A stretch of DNA of 64,000 bases from Botryllus schlosseri (GCA_051294905.1 CM119386.1:8060001-8124000), one strand, 5' to 3'. Positions 1 to 13,272 are shown, counted from the stretch's first letter. The notes: generated from the sequence alone by a model not told the origin. Numbers and translations are program-made.

Positions 1-2884
1 GTCGGCCAAATATTTGAAATTAGCGCGAATGTGTTTCTCAATACTACCCATAATTTCTCACGGAACGCAGACCATTTGTCGGGTATTTATGGGCAGGATA
101 GAGCGTGCATGAATACAACGCGGAGTAATATTATCTAAACTGACACGTATCTTTCCATTAGTGAGACATTATCTCGCCGCCGTCTCAACGTTCCGGATCA
201 GAAGTTCAGAAATTCTCTTTAGTCAACTTTTGTCAACAACAGCTTCACATATTACATCACACATTACACGCTTAATATTTAGACCAGTTACATTATTTCG
301 CGCCGTGTCGACCCCGAATCCTTATTTTGAACATGGAAGTCTTTTAGGTTCTTGCGTTCATATAAAATACGATGGTGAGACATGGAATCGGACCCCGAAT
401 ACTTGTCTCTATGGTAGTCTGAATTTCGAGGTCGATCAATCACATTACCCTGCGGCCTGCTCACATACTCAACTAAACATGCTATAAATAACATGGCGGC
501 AGACATGACAATGTAAACCTGATCAAGTTTCAAGGCCTACACGAATTGGTACATTGAGTGACAGACATTATTTGTCGGACATTTTAAAACTATGACGAGG
601 CACAGAATTATACATATGTCTGTCGTGGTGATACACGGCTTACTTTGGTTGTTGTGATTTCTTGATAAATGCATTTTGCATTTGAGTATTGAGACGCACA
701 TATTCTGGTGGAAATGGGTATAAAGAGACCGCTTCATCAAATAGTGAAATTGAAGGGAAGCTATATTACTTGACTACTCAGGTTAATAAGAAGTCTTTTG
801 TTTGCTGACAATATGGATTGAAACAAGGCACAATGTGCAATCATTGTGACATGGTGACGAGGTCGTATGCTTAGAAATGCATTTCAAATCATTTCATTTT
901 GGGATATTCTGTAGCATCTGAAATTTGTATAGAACCGAAACAAACTTTTCGACTTGCAAATTGCAATTGTAAGCGCTAGAAATACTCGTGTGGGAGTATA
1001 TAAGTTGACGATCGAACGAAACCCATAATGAGCTATCAATCATTGAAATAGAGATGCTATTCTTAGTATTTGTTAGCCAAGAACACTATCTGTTTATCTA
1101 ATGATACAAATAGCCTTAAATTATCGAAGACGCAATGCATGTATTTGAATAGCCGGCGTAGACACGAAACAATAATGTCCATCCACTTTCGAGTCAACCA
1201 TTTGCCGGCTGGCGGGAATAGAGGAGAAAGGTTCAGAAATTTGCACACGCAATCCCATAATTGCTTGATCGGTTACTGAAATAATACTGTGAAAGGAAGC
1301 GGAATTTCCGGCAACGGTGCCGAATCTGAATACGGCAGAGAGGATTGCATACACGGTATACGGGAATACAATTTGTGATAAATGGAGGGCTTAAATCTTT
1401 AAGGGGTCATAATGATCGCCATTCTATGATGTTCATGGTTATACACCAAGTTGATAATGCTTTACCTTATCATGGTATCCCGTAGCGACAGCAAGTCGGA
1501 GCATGTATAAAAATGAGAACTTTATTACCCAGGAGCGGCAACCGTGTGCAAATTTTTGGTATAAATCGATCAGTCTTTAAACCAGATTCAACCGTCTTCA
1601 ATTCATAGAGTATTAACGATTTACGCTGAACATTGATCTACTCTCTTTCTCCCTCCCTAACATCTTTAGTATATCCATAAAATTTAACACTATAGCAGCA
1701 CGTCTTTCTTTGCGGTCACGTTAAGTGGCCGATCTCCTAAATTACGTTGCCGCTATTCGCATTCCCGCCCTTATTGTTTGCGCACGTAGCGTAATTAGTA
1801 TCATTATTACCGATACCTCAGATCAGCGATTTCTCTTAACCTCGTTAATTTCGTGCGCCGCAATTACGAGCTTCCGCTCCGCAATTTGATTGTTCAAGGT
1901 AAACGATCTGTTGGTTAGGTGGTCAAACGTCGAATTCATTTCGGCTATGGACACTTGGACAGCATGTATGCAAAATGAAAATTGTATAATGAAGTGTGAA
2001 CAGGGCGCACACAAGGGGTAAATTGTTCTCCCTAATGCTGCAAAGCTTCTATTTTGGTCATTCTGACGTGATTTTCATGCACTTTGCCATGATGTATATC
2101 TAGAGTCGTTTCACTGTGGAAATGATTTTACCTATTCTTGATTTCAATTGTGATTCGTAAAAAATGTCTATTTACAGTTATCAAATCACATTCTATAATA
2201 ATAGCTGCGACTATTAATTCACAAATCTGCTGAATTATATCAATAAACCCAGCTGGAAATAGCCTTAATGCGTCATTGAAAATTTATCGTATTCGATCAT
2301 TTTTGATTCCTCGATGCTCTATTAGGTACGAATCCGTACACTCTGATAGCTCACGTCATGGTAGTTTCCATTTGGGTGGGGTGGGGGTAACATACTATCC
2401 ATCATATCATGTATTTTTGGGTTATCGGATATCGGACGAGCACACTAACATTGTACTCTCAATTCATTGCGGGACCAAAGCGCGCAAATTTCCTGATCTC
2501 AACGAGATGAGAATCATTCAATGCTCTGAGTATACGGAGTAATTGGGAATTTTGTAGCTGTTCTGTGATTATATACAGGACATGTGGCGATGCCAGTGGC
2601 TCATGTAGCCCGCTACATCAGTCCGGGGTATATAGCATATTATTATCATACGCAAGGCATATAATTTCAACTTTGTTTTTGGTACGGTTCCTTCGAATTA
2701 CTCCAATAACCGCCTTGAGCACTGGTGTTGTTTCGCTAATTTGTGGTACTTCCCTTCACTACGCAACATCGCTATGCGACACATCCGTAGTATATGCGAT
2801 GACGCAATGAGCCAGCGATGGAAAGTTAATTTCTAGTTGCCGATTTGCACACTCGATTTGAGCTTTTTTCTGCGCTACGAGCTA

Positions 2885-2891
2885 TATATAA
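2885..2891 (+). promoter_or_regulatory. TATA box of beta-trefoil gene 1
   Basis: TATATAA about 110 bp upstream of the ATG at 2999; Rel-like GGTACTTCCC at 2745-2754. Confidence 0.5.
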
Positions 2892-2998
2892 GCGCACTGA
2901 TTTCTCTGGGATAACATCTAAGCGACATAATCATTTTGAGATTACCCATAACAGGATCTATACACGCTTTAAGGAAAGTAACCGAATCCATTGCTAAC

Positions 2999-4047
2999 AT
3001 GAGTGCAAGAATATACCGCCGACGAGGTAAGAACACTAGCTATGGAATTGCGTATGTATGTGGGAATCAGGACTGTATATTGCCTGTGTACAGCATGTCG
3101 TAGAATTGTACAACAATTCCTGATCATAGCATTTCGAATTAAAATTGATATACCTGTTATTGATGATTGGATAAGATATATATATAATTTGGTGCGTGTC
3201 AAGTTGAGTTACACTCTGAACTATATCAGTGTGCATGCGCTGGCAACTTATGTATTACACCTCTTGTCACGCAGAGAGCTCGAGCACCACCGGTATCTCA
3301 CCATGCCAACAAACCAACGCGAGAATGCTACGCAAGCGCAGTTCTTGCGATGAAGGAAGGGAGAGCAGCTCTTGCGAAGTGTTCGTGGGGCCGTCAATCG
3401 CAGAGAACTCGCCTCTCGCCGATGCATTCCTCCACCAGTCATACGCCTCCGCGAGCTTGGTAACCTTCCTTTCGTCTGAATTCATGCATCTCGGTAAGAA
3501 ACCGAGGCGGTGTTCGCCAAGATCGTCTCGTTCTTCGTCATCATCATCCGACTCTGCTTCTGATTGTGAATCGTGCCTTTGCGAAGCTGTATTCGACATC
3601 ATCGAGCCTACCACAGTGTGCCCGGAAGAAGTCACTGTTGCTCCCAAAACAACCGTGAAACTCGTGAGAGAAAATACCAAAGTGTGGAACGTGTCTCGAC
3701 CGGCAGAAGGTCAGCGCATCACCGTCTCAACAGCTTCAGCTAGTCTCACCATCTGGGATTTGCCGGATGACATTTACGTTTTCGGAGTGGAATCGGGCGG
3801 CGTGACTTTCTATGTCCACACGCCGTCGCAAGCCGAAGACACATTCCTCATGCTGAAAACAGGCGAAAGCCTGGACGCTATTCAAGACCGGCATAGCGAC
3901 CCGAGATGTTTCAAGCATGTATACAAGGAAGAGCTTGGCAAGCAAGTTCTTCAGCCCGTATCGGACGACCAGCTAGGTGTAGCGCTGGAGGACGGATATG
4001 CGGTTGTCAAGCCGATAACTGACGCCGAAGGGTGGAAGTTGGAGTAA
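2999..4047 (+). CDS. Putative IL-1-like/beta-trefoil protein 1 (266 aa, leaderless, N-terminal propiece); exons 2999-3026, 3275-4047
   Basis: ATG at 2999 (MSARIYRRR), consensus donor AG|GTAAGA at 3027, acceptor cttgtcacgcag at 3274 joining in phase 1 to the long ORF; C-terminal domain shares IYVFGVE, FYV, SDPRCF, terminal GWKLE with two neighbouring paralogs; TATA at 2885 and AATAAA at 4055 and 4375. Coding status well supported; family assignment is inference from motif/strand pattern. Confidence 0.8.
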
Positions 4048-4305
4048 TCTCGCAAATAAATTCATTCACGCACTTATGCAATCATGTTTGCACATGAGAA
4101 TTTTAATGTTCTGAATTTATCACAGATTGTCGATACATAACTAACCGGTGCAACGAGCACTGATTTCGGTAAAGCAACATTATTGACTGTTTCGTCGAAA
4201 CTCGTCAACCCCATCTTCATTGGTATCATTATTTATAATACTACCTCGCGAATTGTACATTTATATTCTTTGGAAATTTAACGGTAAGGAACCGTTTATT
4301 CATTG

Positions 4306-4342
4306 TTTATTTATTTATTTATTTGTGACATATTTATATTTA
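4306..4342 (+). promoter_or_regulatory. AU-rich element cluster in 3' UTR of beta-trefoil gene 1
   Basis: Three overlapping ATTTA pentamers (4309-4321) plus two more (4332, 4338), upstream of AATAAA at 4375. Confidence 0.45.
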
Positions 4343-5072
4343 ATTGCACAACATTACTTCATTATGGATGCCTCAATAAACATTATGTTCGCGGTAGAAA
4401 AATCGAGTCCGAGAAAAAGTGTAGGAGGTTAAGTTGGATATAAACCCCGGAAAACGCCTTCAACAATTTCCCCAAGGATATCTCCCGAAATAACCTCCTT
4501 AGTTCGTAAGGTCAGAATGGAGGTGTCACCAATCAATAAGATATCAATAATCGTCAGATTATATTATCATCTGATCAAGACCCCACAAGTAGTCAAGTAC
4601 AATGCGATAAGACACAATGCGATGTAACTATAGCAACACGTGAATCAATTCTCATTGCTTCATACTGTGTCGCATCTTGTATGAACAATTGAACATTTTA
4701 ACTGAAATTTAGTCCACCATGGCGTATTTCTATCCAACATGTCGGTACGAGAGTTTGACAAGGCTGCGACAGTTTGATAAAGTTTATGACGGTACACTAG
4801 CGAAAGAATGCATTCGATAAAAGGGATTCATTCATTCGATGCTGGTCAATGAATTCATTCTACATATTTTGAAATGTCGAATGTTTTCTGCCCTTCAGCG
4901 CAATATGACTGCTGTGCCGTATAAAGATTTTTAACGATGTATATCAAATGAACAGAGAAGGTCATGGTCATGGTCATGGAAGTGCTTCCACTTTTCCGGC
5001 GTATTCAGGGTGGTTTTTCTCTAGTTGCAGCACTTACTCAATTAACGCAACTTTTCGGCCATACTTCTACGA

Positions 5073-5125
5073 CAGTGCCAGTTTTCAACCTTTTGACTTC
5101 GCGGACCCCCCACCCCACCCTTCCG

Positions 5126-5166
<41 letters not shown>

Positions 5167-5853
5167 GATAAGTTATAGTTCAAACATAGCTCAATTATCT
5201 TGCAACCGTCACCTGTCAACAAAATGACTTTTCTTGAAAATAACACAGCACTATTTATTTGGAACTAGGGAAAACTTCTATTATTTCAAAGCGAATTCTG
5301 TAGCTGCTAAGTGGCCGTGTGCTGAAAAGTCGCGTCGTGGATTCGATATAAACAAGTGCCTAAAATCCATTCCCACAAAGATAAGTGGTGGCGAATGTAA
5401 TAATAACGCTTCCGGCGATATCTTTGGGTATGATCGCAACGTATGTGGCATTAAAATTAAGAAACAGATTTCTAATGAACATATACCGTCCAGCCTACTC
5501 ATATCCAGCAGCTCATCTTGAAATGAATCTGGAATATCGGTCATTTATATCACAGGATAAATTTATCTTGACAAACAAATTTTTTCCAAAACCCAAACAA
5601 AAGCAGCAACATTTTTGTATTAGTAGGTTATTGGCAATTTGGCAATGAAATCCAGTTTGTGCAGTATAATATTCCATCTCAAACGGCCATTCTGTTTATG
5701 TGAGTCATCACGTTTTAGCAGTTATGAAGTGAAACGACATCGTGATTTTTTTCTAATTCAAAAAATACAAGTTAGCTTTCAACCATTTTTCTAATTTGGA
5801 AGTTTCGCAGACCCCCAGAAAATGCTTCGCGGACCCTCGGTTGAGAACCACCG
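5073..5853. mobile_element. Non-autonomous hAT (Charlie-like) element
   Basis: Ends cagtg..gttttcaacc / ggttgagaaccaccg, perfect 8-bp TSD ttctacga; contains (CA)n. Confidence 0.85.
5128..5163. repeat. (CA)n microsatellite
   Basis: Direct reading. Confidence 0.95.
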
Positions 5854-6547
5854 TTCTACGACAACCTCACCATATTTTGCTACTTGTCTACTGTTGGCAC
5901 CATTTACAGTTTTTCATCTAGAAGCATTATGCCCTTCCAATCAAAGAGATAGAGGCAAAGATGACGAAGTCTACGGTCTGTTTTCACAGAGATCTTGTTC
6001 AAATCAGGACGTCTCGCTTACGTGATCCTCCATATCAATAATTCGGTTAACTAATAAGACCTTCGTCGACAAAGATGCATCTGAGGTTAAATGAATCATA
6101 TATGTTTATCTCTAGTTCAGTCTTGACGGGTGCTGATTTCAGGGGTTCAGCTCTAGTTTTAATAGTGTGATATATAATATGATGGATTTGACTGTGACGT
6201 GAACTGTAATCTGTTATTTTTAAATTTATGAATTAGGTGCAGTGCAGTGGATCTTAACCTTTAATAACCTGGCGAACCCCATATTTTCGCCGAGTCTAAT
6301 TATACATCTACATTAGCGTTGCCCAAAATTTGGAAAATCTCAAAAAGGCTGCGTTTTAATGTCTCATTCTATAAGTTATTGAAAAGTCCGACAACGAGCC
6401 TGCAAGAATCTCACAGGAAAGTCGTTGAGATTTCGCGCAAATCGTTTGAAAGAAGCTGCAGAAGAGTGGGAGATCCACAAACCAAAGAATCGCGAGAAGA
6501 CCGGTAGTCGCGAAATCACCGCACATGACTGGTTAATCGGCTATGTT

Positions 6548-7100
6548 TCAATGATCACGAAAGCAGCGGCTTGCTGCTGACCATAGTCGCTCACACGAGG
6601 CCACATGCCACGAGCATGATAGTAAGGTATTGCCTAACATGGAAATGTCTGGCGCATTCCCCTGCGCGTCACCCCAAAAGATCATGGGGTTTGCTGTAAT
6701 GCAGGGTCCCCAAACTGAGCTATCTCCATCAAAAAGACCTGTTTTCATGTCACAGGCCATCCATTGCTTGACAAATTCGTGAGAAGTAGATCGCAAAGGA
6801 TACAAATCCTTGAAGCGCGAGGTCTCTTAGCTTTCGCCTGCCTTACTGATTTAAGCACTCATCACATCGATGTCCTCGCTCTTCTTAGTTGGGCATGTTT
6901 TGTTCTACGGCGAGCACTTTCTTTCCGCCATTATCATTTATTATTATCCAACATGAATAATGTTGACAAGGCGGACTTGTCCAACCGTCCGAAACCATCG
7001 TCAGATGTTCCGCCCTGTTGATGAACGATTGGGTAGAGGTATTCGTCTTTGCATGTACTATCGGTGATACCGACAAAAAAAACCTTGTTTTCTTCTGAGT
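6548..7100 (-). pseudogene. Degenerate, internally deleted hAT transposase remnant
   Basis: LTMVSDGWTS (first catalytic Asp motif) and NPMIFW...LLSC..HVASCERLWS (hAT C-terminal dimerisation motif) in broken frames only ~300 bp apart. Confidence 0.7.
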
Positions 7101-7278
7101 ATTTCAAATTCCGGCTGTATCGAGAGACAGAATTTTTGGAAATGTTCATTTTCCAAACAATTTCACGAAACATTCCCGCTTATTAGTACAAGAACTAAAT
7201 GCTAGTGTGCAGAGCTGACAGCAGCCTGATTAAAAGCACCACTTTTACATGTATGTAACTGATGTATTGCCGTATGAC

Positions 7279-7472
7279 CAATGTTCCCTCTAAGCTGCGC
7301 ACGTGCGCAAATGCGCAGTGCTGACACGGTCTCCGCGCACAGAAAATCTAAGTTGCGCACAAAAAATCCGAAATGATGATCTTATTTTTAGTCGTCACGC
7401 ACTGTTGTCCAAGGGTCTGCGCAGTGAGTTGGTGAGTGTGCGCAGACTCATCAAAAATTAGAGGGAACATTG
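7279..7472. mobile_element. hAT MITE
   Basis: 15-bp TIR caatgttccctctaa / ttagagggaacattg; TSD cgtatgac/cgaatgac (7/8). Confidence 0.85.
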
Positions 7473-7826
7473 CGAATGACTGCTGATTGCTGGTGCTGCT
7501 CCCGACACCCGAGCTGCATTCACTTTCATCGTCCTTTTCCAATTGCACGGGACGAGCGAATTTGCATTTGTTGCTCATAGGGGTCCTGCTGCACTCCTGA
7601 GTATGCTTATCATCATCCGCGAAACTTGTCCTTCAACTTCATTGGCACAATAATTACGCGTAGCCTTCTTATGTACCGGTAGTACACTCGAAGAACTTGC
7701 ACAGACTTATTTATATAAACCGAACGTTCACACCAGGGCGAGAAATTTATACGCTTTCCAGTAGGGTGGTATCATCGTGAGCCTGTAACGCTAATTTTGC
7801 GAAAACCTAGGCGGAAAAGATTCTAT

Positions 7827-7986
7827 CAGACTTGAACAATTATAAAATTTTCAACTTTTCCAAATTATATCAGAATTAGAATTATAGCTACAAAATTTTT
7901 TCAAAATTACATTAGAATTAGATCACCCGCATTTCGCTCTAATTAGTCTTATTAGTCAATTAGAATTAACTAGTTGTCCAAGTCTA
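7827..7986. mobile_element. Short deletion derivative of the CAGACTTGGACAACTAG hAT family
   Basis: Degenerate TIRs and AATTAG subterminal repeats shared with 38585-39435; no clear TSD. A further end fragment at ~8764-8900. Confidence 0.65.
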
Positions 7987-8262
7987 CTCGCGATTCGCGA
8001 ACGTGTCTGCTCTCTGGCCTCGAGTGGCTTACAAGCCTCCATGATTATGGCCCTATAGTGTCATCTAGCGTTACAGTTTTGGATTTTCGACCTGGTTGAA
8101 ATTGGGCCGCGCTGTGCCTATCGAGTCTTGTGAGCATTTGAGAGTTGAGAGCAACCAGAGTAAGCGATTTTCCTTGGGAATTGAGCTTGATCGTCCTTGT
8201 TGGAGCCACTTGCAGCGCGTTTAAATCTATAAATAGACTACCTTGTGCACGAGGAGCTATGC

Positions 8263-8360
8263 TAGGGTTACCATACGTCCTTGTTTAGGAGGATTTGTCG
8301 TCCTTTGTCAGGAAATTGAAAATGTCTTCCGATGACGCCTAAATGTCCTCCTTTTCGGCA
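8263..8360. mobile_element. hAT-Tip100-like terminal fragment
   Basis: tagggttaccatacgtcc end; similar inverted sequence at ~30010-30120 in an MTTP intron. Confidence 0.55.
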
Positions 8361-10676
8361 ATTCGTCCTCGTACATTCAATAATAGAGGATTGCATTAGT
8401 TTTAGAATTCCCATCACTTTCGATAATAGGCAATGTGCGTTTCAAGCTGGAGATAAAATATATTCCAAGATATTCCAGCAAACGGAATATTATCAATATC
8501 TTCTTATTTTATTCGTATATTTAGTCACGTCGGGCGATGTAAGATGCGGAAATAATTCAGGCCATGATGCTCATACCGAAACCTCGTATTTTGTGCATAT
8601 TAGACCGAAAATATACCTTATATAACTTAAGAAACGCACGTAGTTGCTTCACCTATATTTGAGTCAGCATCGGAAATATCCAGTCCTCAAATCAACGCAT
8701 CGCTCTATCTCTATACAGTATGACGGACAACGTCTGTGCAACAGCATTTCGGTAACAATCCGACAGACTTGGAAAACTAGATCATTCTAGTTGTCTAATT
8801 TCACTAAATTAGAGCGAAATACCAGTATCTAATTTTAAGATAATTTGTGAAATGTTTCTATGCTCTAATTTTAATAGAGTACTAATCTAATTTATTGTTT
8901 TCCTGGAAATGCCTGTGTCCGAGGCATAACACTTAGGTAGGAATTCTGGAATCGACTTCGGTCGGACTAGAATTCGCAACCCATTGTTGTTGCAACTGTG
9001 GATTTATACCACCACGCTATCTCACAACTGTTTTCTGAGCGTCCTGGCCGTGACAGTGACGGATAGTGTCTGGGCCATTGCACGACAAGGCAATACGCCC
9101 AAGCCTATTCATATCAACAATATTTTTGAACTGAAATCAATTTCAGCATTTCAAAATGCTTTATCAAGCGTTCTTCCGAAATCTCAAACCAGGTCGCTGG
9201 CCGCAAAATGTGACCTAGCGGGCTGCGTGTTGGTAACCGCTTGTCTAGCGCGAGCTCGAACTTTCCAGATTGCAAACGGAGTCCTTACATAACTACAGTA
9301 TGCCTCATGTAGAACGAAATTTTCACACGTTCACCTCTGGCTCAGGGCATAATCACTGGCACGACAAACCTGTTAAAATTTGAACAACTATCAATAAGCG
9401 ACGGCTCTCGGACCTTTCCCTCTGTCAAGGAATATAGGACTAAGGTAAACAATACTTTCCATATAAATCCTAAAGATTTGTTGCAGATTTTTTCTGGAAT
9501 TATTTCGGTAATACTTGATGGGGAAAGTCGATGCACACCGTGCGCGTGCAGTCGCGGTCGCGGAAATCTATAGTTCACTGACTGCACAATAAGATAGCTT
9601 TAGATGCCATGTGATCTTGTATTCGCTGATACAGTATTTCGTCATACATTTCTAATTTGATCCACATGATATCATGAATCTCGGCACCTGAACCACGATG
9701 CCAAATTATCTGATAGCCGAGAAGAAATAATGATGACATCACTAATAAGTACAAAGATCATATTTGTTTGCCTTACAGCCTCCTATGCACTCGATGTACT
9801 GATTCAAGCGAGTCAACCAACTACTAGCATGATATCTATGTCTTATCTATGTCTTATGATGATTTGGCTCATCGTTTCTTTATCGGCCTTAATCGTAGGC
9901 CATCGAAAATCGTCAAACAATCGCAAAGTTAGGCGAACCATTGTCTCCATTCTTGTAGGACCTTCGTTTTCTAAATCGGAATTACGTGTGATGTGCGATG
10001 AGACAGCTTACCCTTACAAATATCACTATATCGCGTGGTGGAAAAGGCTGAAGCCTCGCACTAGTCTGCAGTCGATTTTAAGAAGAAGACGCTGAGAATA
10101 GAAACCTAAATAACAAAAGTGCTATATGGAAACTGCATTGAGTAACATGAGTTGTCGAGACAGCACGATGTAGTGACTTGTGCATGTATTGCATGCAATA
10201 TTATGTTCCTTCAACGCGGTGGCCTGAGTTGCTGACAAAAGTACTTTCGATGCATGTACTATTGGTGTGATGCAGTGCAAGCTTAGGGCCGTTGTTTCTT
10301 CATGGCTTTTCTGCATTGAATAAAACTGATAATCAGTTGCAAGATGGTATGACAAGTTTTTCGGGACTTTATATGCGGTTCTATATTCATTCTGTAAACA
10401 TTGATTTCAACTGAATGACTGATTGGCGTGATTGTCTCTCATTTACGCGCGATAATATAATTATAAATAATAATGCTTTCAGTTGCCATGAGCACAATCT
10501 GTATGTCAAGTCTCTTCTCTGGTGAATTCGTGACCGATGTGATTTTGCGCGGGTTTTTCCAGTGTCGGCCATGGGATACTAGGTGTTTCCCCTTTCTATA
10601 ACAATTTGGTAAGATGACGTGATGTCTTATGAACGCGCAATGTGACGTTTCGTCAGAAGTTTTTTTACAGAGAATG

Positions 10677-10683
10677 TATATAA
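10677..10683 (+). promoter_or_regulatory. TATA box of beta-trefoil gene 2
   Basis: TATATAA about 90 bp upstream of the ATG at 10773; Dorsal/Rel-type GGGTTTTTCC at 10551-10560 and TGACGT half-sites nearby. Confidence 0.45.
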
Positions 10684-10772
10684 CATGGATGGTTTTAGTC
10701 ATCCTAGCACAACTGGAAAAAGAACTGACTTTGCAATTCTATTACTAACGAACTTGTCAACACCGATAAGAA

Positions 10773-11636
10773 ATGGATAGATTCCGTAACATGGTTACAG
10801 AAGTGACACATCGAAAGCAACAAGGTAAGTTCTTGGCCTAGGCTACAAAGCAGCGGCGATTGTGATATTTTTAGATGTATTGGCATCGTGTTTGTGTTCA
10901 CTCTACAATATTTATAGAGCCCTTTCTCTTCTATTTTTCAGGCGTAGCTACGGATTTTGACATACCAAGTATGGTGGAATCACTCAGAATGAGAGATAGG
11001 ATGCAAAACGGATATTGGGGTGAGTTTGGGTGCGAAATGCTCAAGGAACGCATGGAGACTTCGCTCGGGGAAAGTGACGATGAATTCGATATAAACGGCA
11101 AGGTACTAGAAAAGGAGCCGAAGTTAACGCGATCAATTGATCCCGACCGTAATGCAGGACGGACATCGAATGTTTTTCTGTCTCTCGCCACAATGCGATT
11201 CGAGAGGTCAAACGGCGCGAACAGTGTGAGTCTGGTAGACGATGTAAACACCGAAAACTCATGGTGTCCGGTGGAAGGAGAGCACAGATTGCAGCTATAT
11301 CCCGGCAGAACCAAATTTCTACATTGGGTAATAAGGGATGGATCTTCTGGTCCAGTCCACGTCTTCGCACTGGAAACTGACGCGGGAAAGCGTCGGTACG
11401 TGAGAACGGAAGACCATCACGACTTCCTTATACTCGAGGCGTCAGACGAGTCTGGTGAACCGGTTATTGACAGCAAATCCTCCGATCCCAGATGCTTCGA
11501 ACATGTTAGAATGCCACTCGCAGGGGGTGATAAAGTTCTACGTTCCCTACGTAAGCGCAAAGCCGTTGGAATAAAAAGAGGCTTTATCGCCGTAACTTCA
11601 GACGAGCAGGCGCGGTCGTGGCTTCTAATGACATAA
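10773..11636 (+). CDS. Putative IL-1-like/beta-trefoil protein 2 (248 aa, leaderless); exons 10773-10824, 10942-11636
   Basis: gaaATGG at 10773 after an in-frame stop, perfect donor AAG|GTAAGT at 10825, long polypyrimidine acceptor ending 10941, phase-1 join in frame; motifs VHVFALE, RYV, SDPRCF, RSWLL shared with paralogs; TATATAA at 10677. Confidence 0.8.
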
Positions 11637-12656
11637 TACAACGACCCACTCTATTGAATTTGTATGAAAAACATACATTATCTATTTTTCTATATTTTAC
11701 CAAGAGCATTTGCATTCGTTTGAATTCATTCGCATTTACATCTATATAAAACTTTCACTCTGCCTTTTCTTGAAGTCTTTACACAATCGACATATATTTA
11801 TATGCCAACATTTTCGCTATTCTGTCAATCATATGAGCTAAACATATATTTATTCTACAATTAATCGCTGTTATACTGCGAAGGTTTTTCTAATACACAT
11901 ATTGTACATTTTTAAAATGGTGGAAAGTAAAAGAAAGTCTGTTCCAATAGTTCTGTGACTTGAAGGCATAATCATAATTATAATAATTATTCACAATGAT
12001 TGATTAAATTCGATCCGCCGAAACGGACTTCTCAAAAACATCAAGCAGATCCATTCTAGAGCTCACTGATATATGGCGAGCGCGGCTCTACCCAGCGTGG
12101 ATATTAACAAAGATTTATAACAACACTTTAGTATATATGAAAGTCGGATTTATTGAGTGAAATCTGAAACTGAGTGAAGAATGATGGTGCAGCCTGATAT
12201 TCAAAACACGGAACATATATTACATTTCACTTGAAATATTCCTATACCTGCGATATAAGTAGTAAAATCCCAGGTCATTTTACCACGAACGTCGCGGTTT
12301 TTATTGTATTCAATTATAGGACATTAAACAATTCAGCCAGAGCATTTGCTTCGAGCTCTGTATACATAGGGTTGCATTAAATAAAATCAATTTAAAACAT
12401 ACATGTTTAAAACAAAGCCATTGTTTAAAACATGTTTGTTATTGCTTTTTTAGGTCATGACGTCACTATTATTCAATTGTGACGTCATAATGGATTAACA
12501 TGCACAATTGAAAATATAGGGTAAATATAGCTCCTTGGACGAAACATCGACGTAATATAGCTGTTGTACCGACTATTTTGAGGTTTCCAATAATCCAATA
12601 TCGTTTAAGTCGGCCTTTATAGGCCATATCGTCACCTCCGGTCAAATTTTTATGTT

Positions 12657-12811
12657 NNNNNNNNNNNNNNNNNNNNNNNNNNNNNNNNNNNNNNNNNNNN
12701 NNNNNNNNNNNNNNNNNNNNNNNNNNNNNNNNNNNNNNNNNNNNNNNNNNNNNNNNNNNNNNNNNNNNNNNNNNNNNNNNNNNNNNNNNNNNNNNNNNNN
12801 NNNNNNNNNNN
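12657..12811. other. Assembly gap (155 N)
   Basis: Direct reading. Confidence 1.
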
Positions 12812-12914
12812 CGTCCGTAGGCTCATACAACATGATATTTGGGAGGTATTTACACAATTATGACATAATTATACAATCCTAAAAAATTTGTGTTTTAAAA
12901 AAGGTCCGTTTAAA

Positions 12915-12985
12915 CAGGGGTGTCAAACTCAACTGAAGCCACGGGCCGGATTGAACACTTCAAATCGCTCGCGGGCTGCACCGAA
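12915..12985. mobile_element. hAT-Charlie-like terminal fragment
   Basis: caggggtgtcaaactc...gggccgga end motif; partner end not found. Confidence 0.45.
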
Positions 12986-13272
12986 ATTCCTCAATCCCAA
13001 AATACATGCTCTTGCTCCTCATCGCCGACCTCACTACTACGGTAGTGCATTGAAAAGCCCAGACTGAAAGTGAGTCGTGCTACAAGTCGGCAGCAAAGAC
13101 CACGATGGGAACGCTTGGGAGCGACAGAGAATGAAGAATGACTGCGAGAGCGTTTGAAAGACGTTCCCAAGAATACTGAAAACGCAAAGACTTCTGAACA
13201 TTATGAAATTCGTGTCGTGGAGCACAAGGCTAAAAGGGCGATAAGCTCCACTGTGTTGTACCCATTAATAAA

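Noticed and set aside
288-533. Minus ORF with hydrophobic N-terminus (VYIVMSAAMLFIACLV)
   Set aside because: No recognisable family, no partner exons or clear gene context; indistinguishable from a chance ORF.
5234-5648. Overlapping ORFs with a TM-like segment and spaced Cys
   Set aside because: Both lie inside the TSD-bounded hAT element 5073-5853; most likely decayed transposon sequence.
9730-10095. 121-aa hydrophobic ORF upstream of gene 2
   Set aside because: Low-complexity composition typical of AT-rich DNA, no splice or family support.
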